Origin: Heterodontus francisci
Lineage: Eukaryota
Reading direction: 5' to 3'
Length of the DNA stretch: 64,000 bases
Assembly (NCBI RefSeq): GCF_036365525.1
Contig: NW_027140453.1
Coordinates: forward strand, 124,001 to 188,000
This document shows, piece after piece, positions 61,401 through 64,000 of this stretch; positions within the stretch are counted from its first letter, which is position 1, and each line of letters starts with the position of its first letter. Both the position numbers and the translations under genes were made by a program. The notes beneath the pieces are model-generated. The model did no database searches. It saw only the letters and a list, made by a program, of their open reading frames with translations, and was not told where the DNA came from.

Positions 61401-63990
61401 TGTGATACAGTTACGGAGGGGAGTGTGATACAGTGACTGAGGGGAGTGTGATACAGTGTCTGAGGTTAGTATGATGCAGTCACTGAGGGGATGTGATGCA
61501 GCGACTGAGGGTAGTGTGATACAGCGACTGAGGGGGATGTGATACAGTGACAGAGGGTAGTGTGATACAGTGACTCAGGGAGTGTGATACAGTGACTCAG
61601 GGAGTGTGATACAGTCACTGAGGGGAGTGTGATGCAGCGACTGAGGGTAGTGTGATACAGCGACTGAGGGGGATGTGATACAGTGACTGAGGGGTGTGTG
61701 ATACAGTGACTGAGGGGAGTGTGATACAATGACAGAGGAAGTGTGATACAGTGACAGAGGGGAGTGTGATGCAGTGTGTGAGGGGAGTGTGATACAGTGA
61801 CTGAGGGGAGCATGATACAGTGACTGAGGTGTGTGTGATACAGTGACTGAGGGGAGTGTGATACAATGACAGAGGAAGTGTGATACAGTGACAGAGGGGA
61901 GTGTGATGCAGTGTGTGAGGGGAGTGTGATACAGTGACTGAGGGGAGCATGATACAGTGACTGAGGGGTGTGTGATACAGTGACTGAGGGGAGCATGATA
62001 CAGTGACTGAGGGGTGTGTGATACAGTGACTGAGGGGGATGTGATACAGTGACTGAGGGGAGTGTGATACAATGACAGAGGAAGTGTGATACAGTGACAG
62101 AGGGGAGTGTGATGCAGTGTGTGAGGGGAGTGTGATACAGTGACTGAGGGGAGCATGATACAGTGACTGAGGGGTGTGTGATACAGTGACTGAGGGGAGC
62201 ATGATACAGTGACTGAGGGGTGTGTGATACAGTGACTGAGGGGAGTGTGATACAATGACAGAGGAAGTGTGATACAGTGACAGAGGGGAGTGTGATGCAG
62301 TGTGTGAGGGGAGTGTGATACAGTGACTGAGGGGAGCATGATACAGTGACTGAGGGGTGTGTGATACAGTGACTGAGGGGAGCATGATACAGTGACTGAG
62401 GGGTGTGTGATACAGTGACTGAGGGGAGTGTGATACAATGACAGAGGAAGTGTGATACAGTGACAGAGGGGAGTGTGATGCAGTGTGTGAGGGGAGTGTG
62501 ATACAGTGACTGAGGGAAGCATGATACAGTGACTGAGGGGTGTGTGATACAGTGACTGAGGGGAGTGTGATACAATGACAGAGGAAGTGTGATACAGTGA
62601 CAGAGGGGAGTGTGATGCAGTGTGTGAGGGGAGTGTGATACAGTGACTGAGGGGAGCATGATACAGTGACTGAGGGGTGTGTGATACAGTGACTGAGGGG
62701 AGTGTGATACAATGACAGAGGAAGTGTGATACAGTGACAGAGGGGAGTGTGATGCAGTGTGTGAGGGGAGTGTGATACAGTGACTGAGGGGAGCATGATA
62801 CAGTGACTGAGGGGTGTGTGATACAGTCACTCAGGGAGTGTGATACAGTGACTGAGGGGAGTGTGATACAGTTACGGAGGGGAGTGTGATACAATGACAG
62901 AGGAAGTGTGATACAGTGACAGAGGGGAGTGTGATGCAGTGTGTGAGGGGAGTGTGATACAGTGACTGAGGGGAGTGTGATACAATGACGGAGGAAGTGT
63001 GATACAGTGACAGAGGGGAGTGTGATGCAGTGTGTGAGGGGAGTGTGATACAGTGACTGAGGGGAGCATGATACAGTGACTGAGGGGTGTGTGATACAGT
63101 GACTGAGGGGAGTGTGATACAATGACAGAGGAAGTGTGATGCAGTGACAGAGGGGAGTGTGATGCAGTGTGTGAGGGGAGTGTGATACAGTGACTGAGGG
63201 GAGCATGATACAGTGACTGAGGGGTGTGTGATACAGTCACTCAGGGAGTGTGATACAGTGACTGAGGGGAGTGTGATACAGTTACGGAGGGGAGTGTGAT
63301 ACACTGACTGAGGTGAGTGGGACACAGTGACTGAGGGGAGTGTGATACAGTGTCTGAGGTTAGTATGATACAGTCACTGAGGGGATGTGATACAGTGTCT
63401 GAGGGGGATGTGATGCAGTGACTGAGGGTAGTGTGATATAGTGAGTGAGGGGAGTGCGATACAGTGTCTGAGGGGAGTGTGATACACTGACTGAGGGGAG
63501 TGGGATACAGTGACTGAAGGGAGTGTGATACAGTGACTGAGGGGACTGCGATACAGTGTCTGAGGGGAGTGTGAGACACTGTCTGAGGGGAGTGGGATAC
63601 AGTGACTGAGGGGAGTGTGATACACTGTCTGAGGGGAGTGTGAGACACTGTCTGAGGGGAGTGGGATACGGTGAACTGAAGGGTGTGTGATACAGTGACT
63701 GGGGGAGTGTGATACAGTGACTGAGTAGAGTGTGATACACTGTCTGAGGGGAGTGGAATGCAGTGACTGAAGGGAATATAATGCAGTGACTGAGGGGATT
63801 GTGATACAGTGAGCTGAAGGGAGTGCGATGCAGCGACTGAGGAGAGTGTGATACAGCGACAGACGGGAGTGGGATACAGCGACTGAGGGGAGTGTGATAC
63901 AGTGACTGAGGGGAATGTGATAAAGTGACTGAGGTGAGTGTAATGCAGTGACTGAGGGGACTGTGATAGAGACTGAGGGCAGCATGATGC
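58430..63990. repeat. 23-bp minisatellite; GGGATG variant to ~61.2 kb, GTGATAC variant thereafter
   Basis: Directly visible. Confidence 0.96.
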
Positions 63991-64000
63991 TCAAACTCAG

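Noticed and set aside
58405-63994. Long His/Pro/Ser-rich minus-strand ORFs in all three frames
   Set aside because: Products of the 23-bp minisatellite, which is stop-free on that strand.

Overview
Eukaryotic genomic DNA, very likely from a cartilaginous fish (shark-type SINEs, CR1/L2 LINE debris, spliced genes). Bases 1-28.8 kb are a macrosatellite: a 33-bp minisatellite punctuated by 5 full and 2 partial copies of an ~845-bp unique block, and all long ORFs there are repeat artefacts. The unique sequence to the right holds a compact cluster of immune-type genes that the ORF track shows only in fragments. (1) A two-coding-exon gene (+, 30883-30980 and 35818-36460; 246 aa) encodes a signal-peptide-bearing AID/APOBEC-like deaminase of the SNAD type, whose first zinc motif is CSE instead of the usual HxE; a composite NF-kB/STAT-like site lies upstream. 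(2) Two T-cell-receptor V-like segments lie on the minus strand, each with a 23-bp-spacer RSS and an in-frame stop; no D/J/C was recognised in the window. (3) The 5' part of a GP2/uromodulin/OIT3-like gene (+) carries two tandem, recently duplicated and locally diversified D8C/D10C domains. Further 13-, 23-, 32-, 37- and ~52-bp minisatellites, an assembly gap and a Penelope-type hammerhead-ribozyme remnant are present. All family assignments come from motif recognition; no database search was run.
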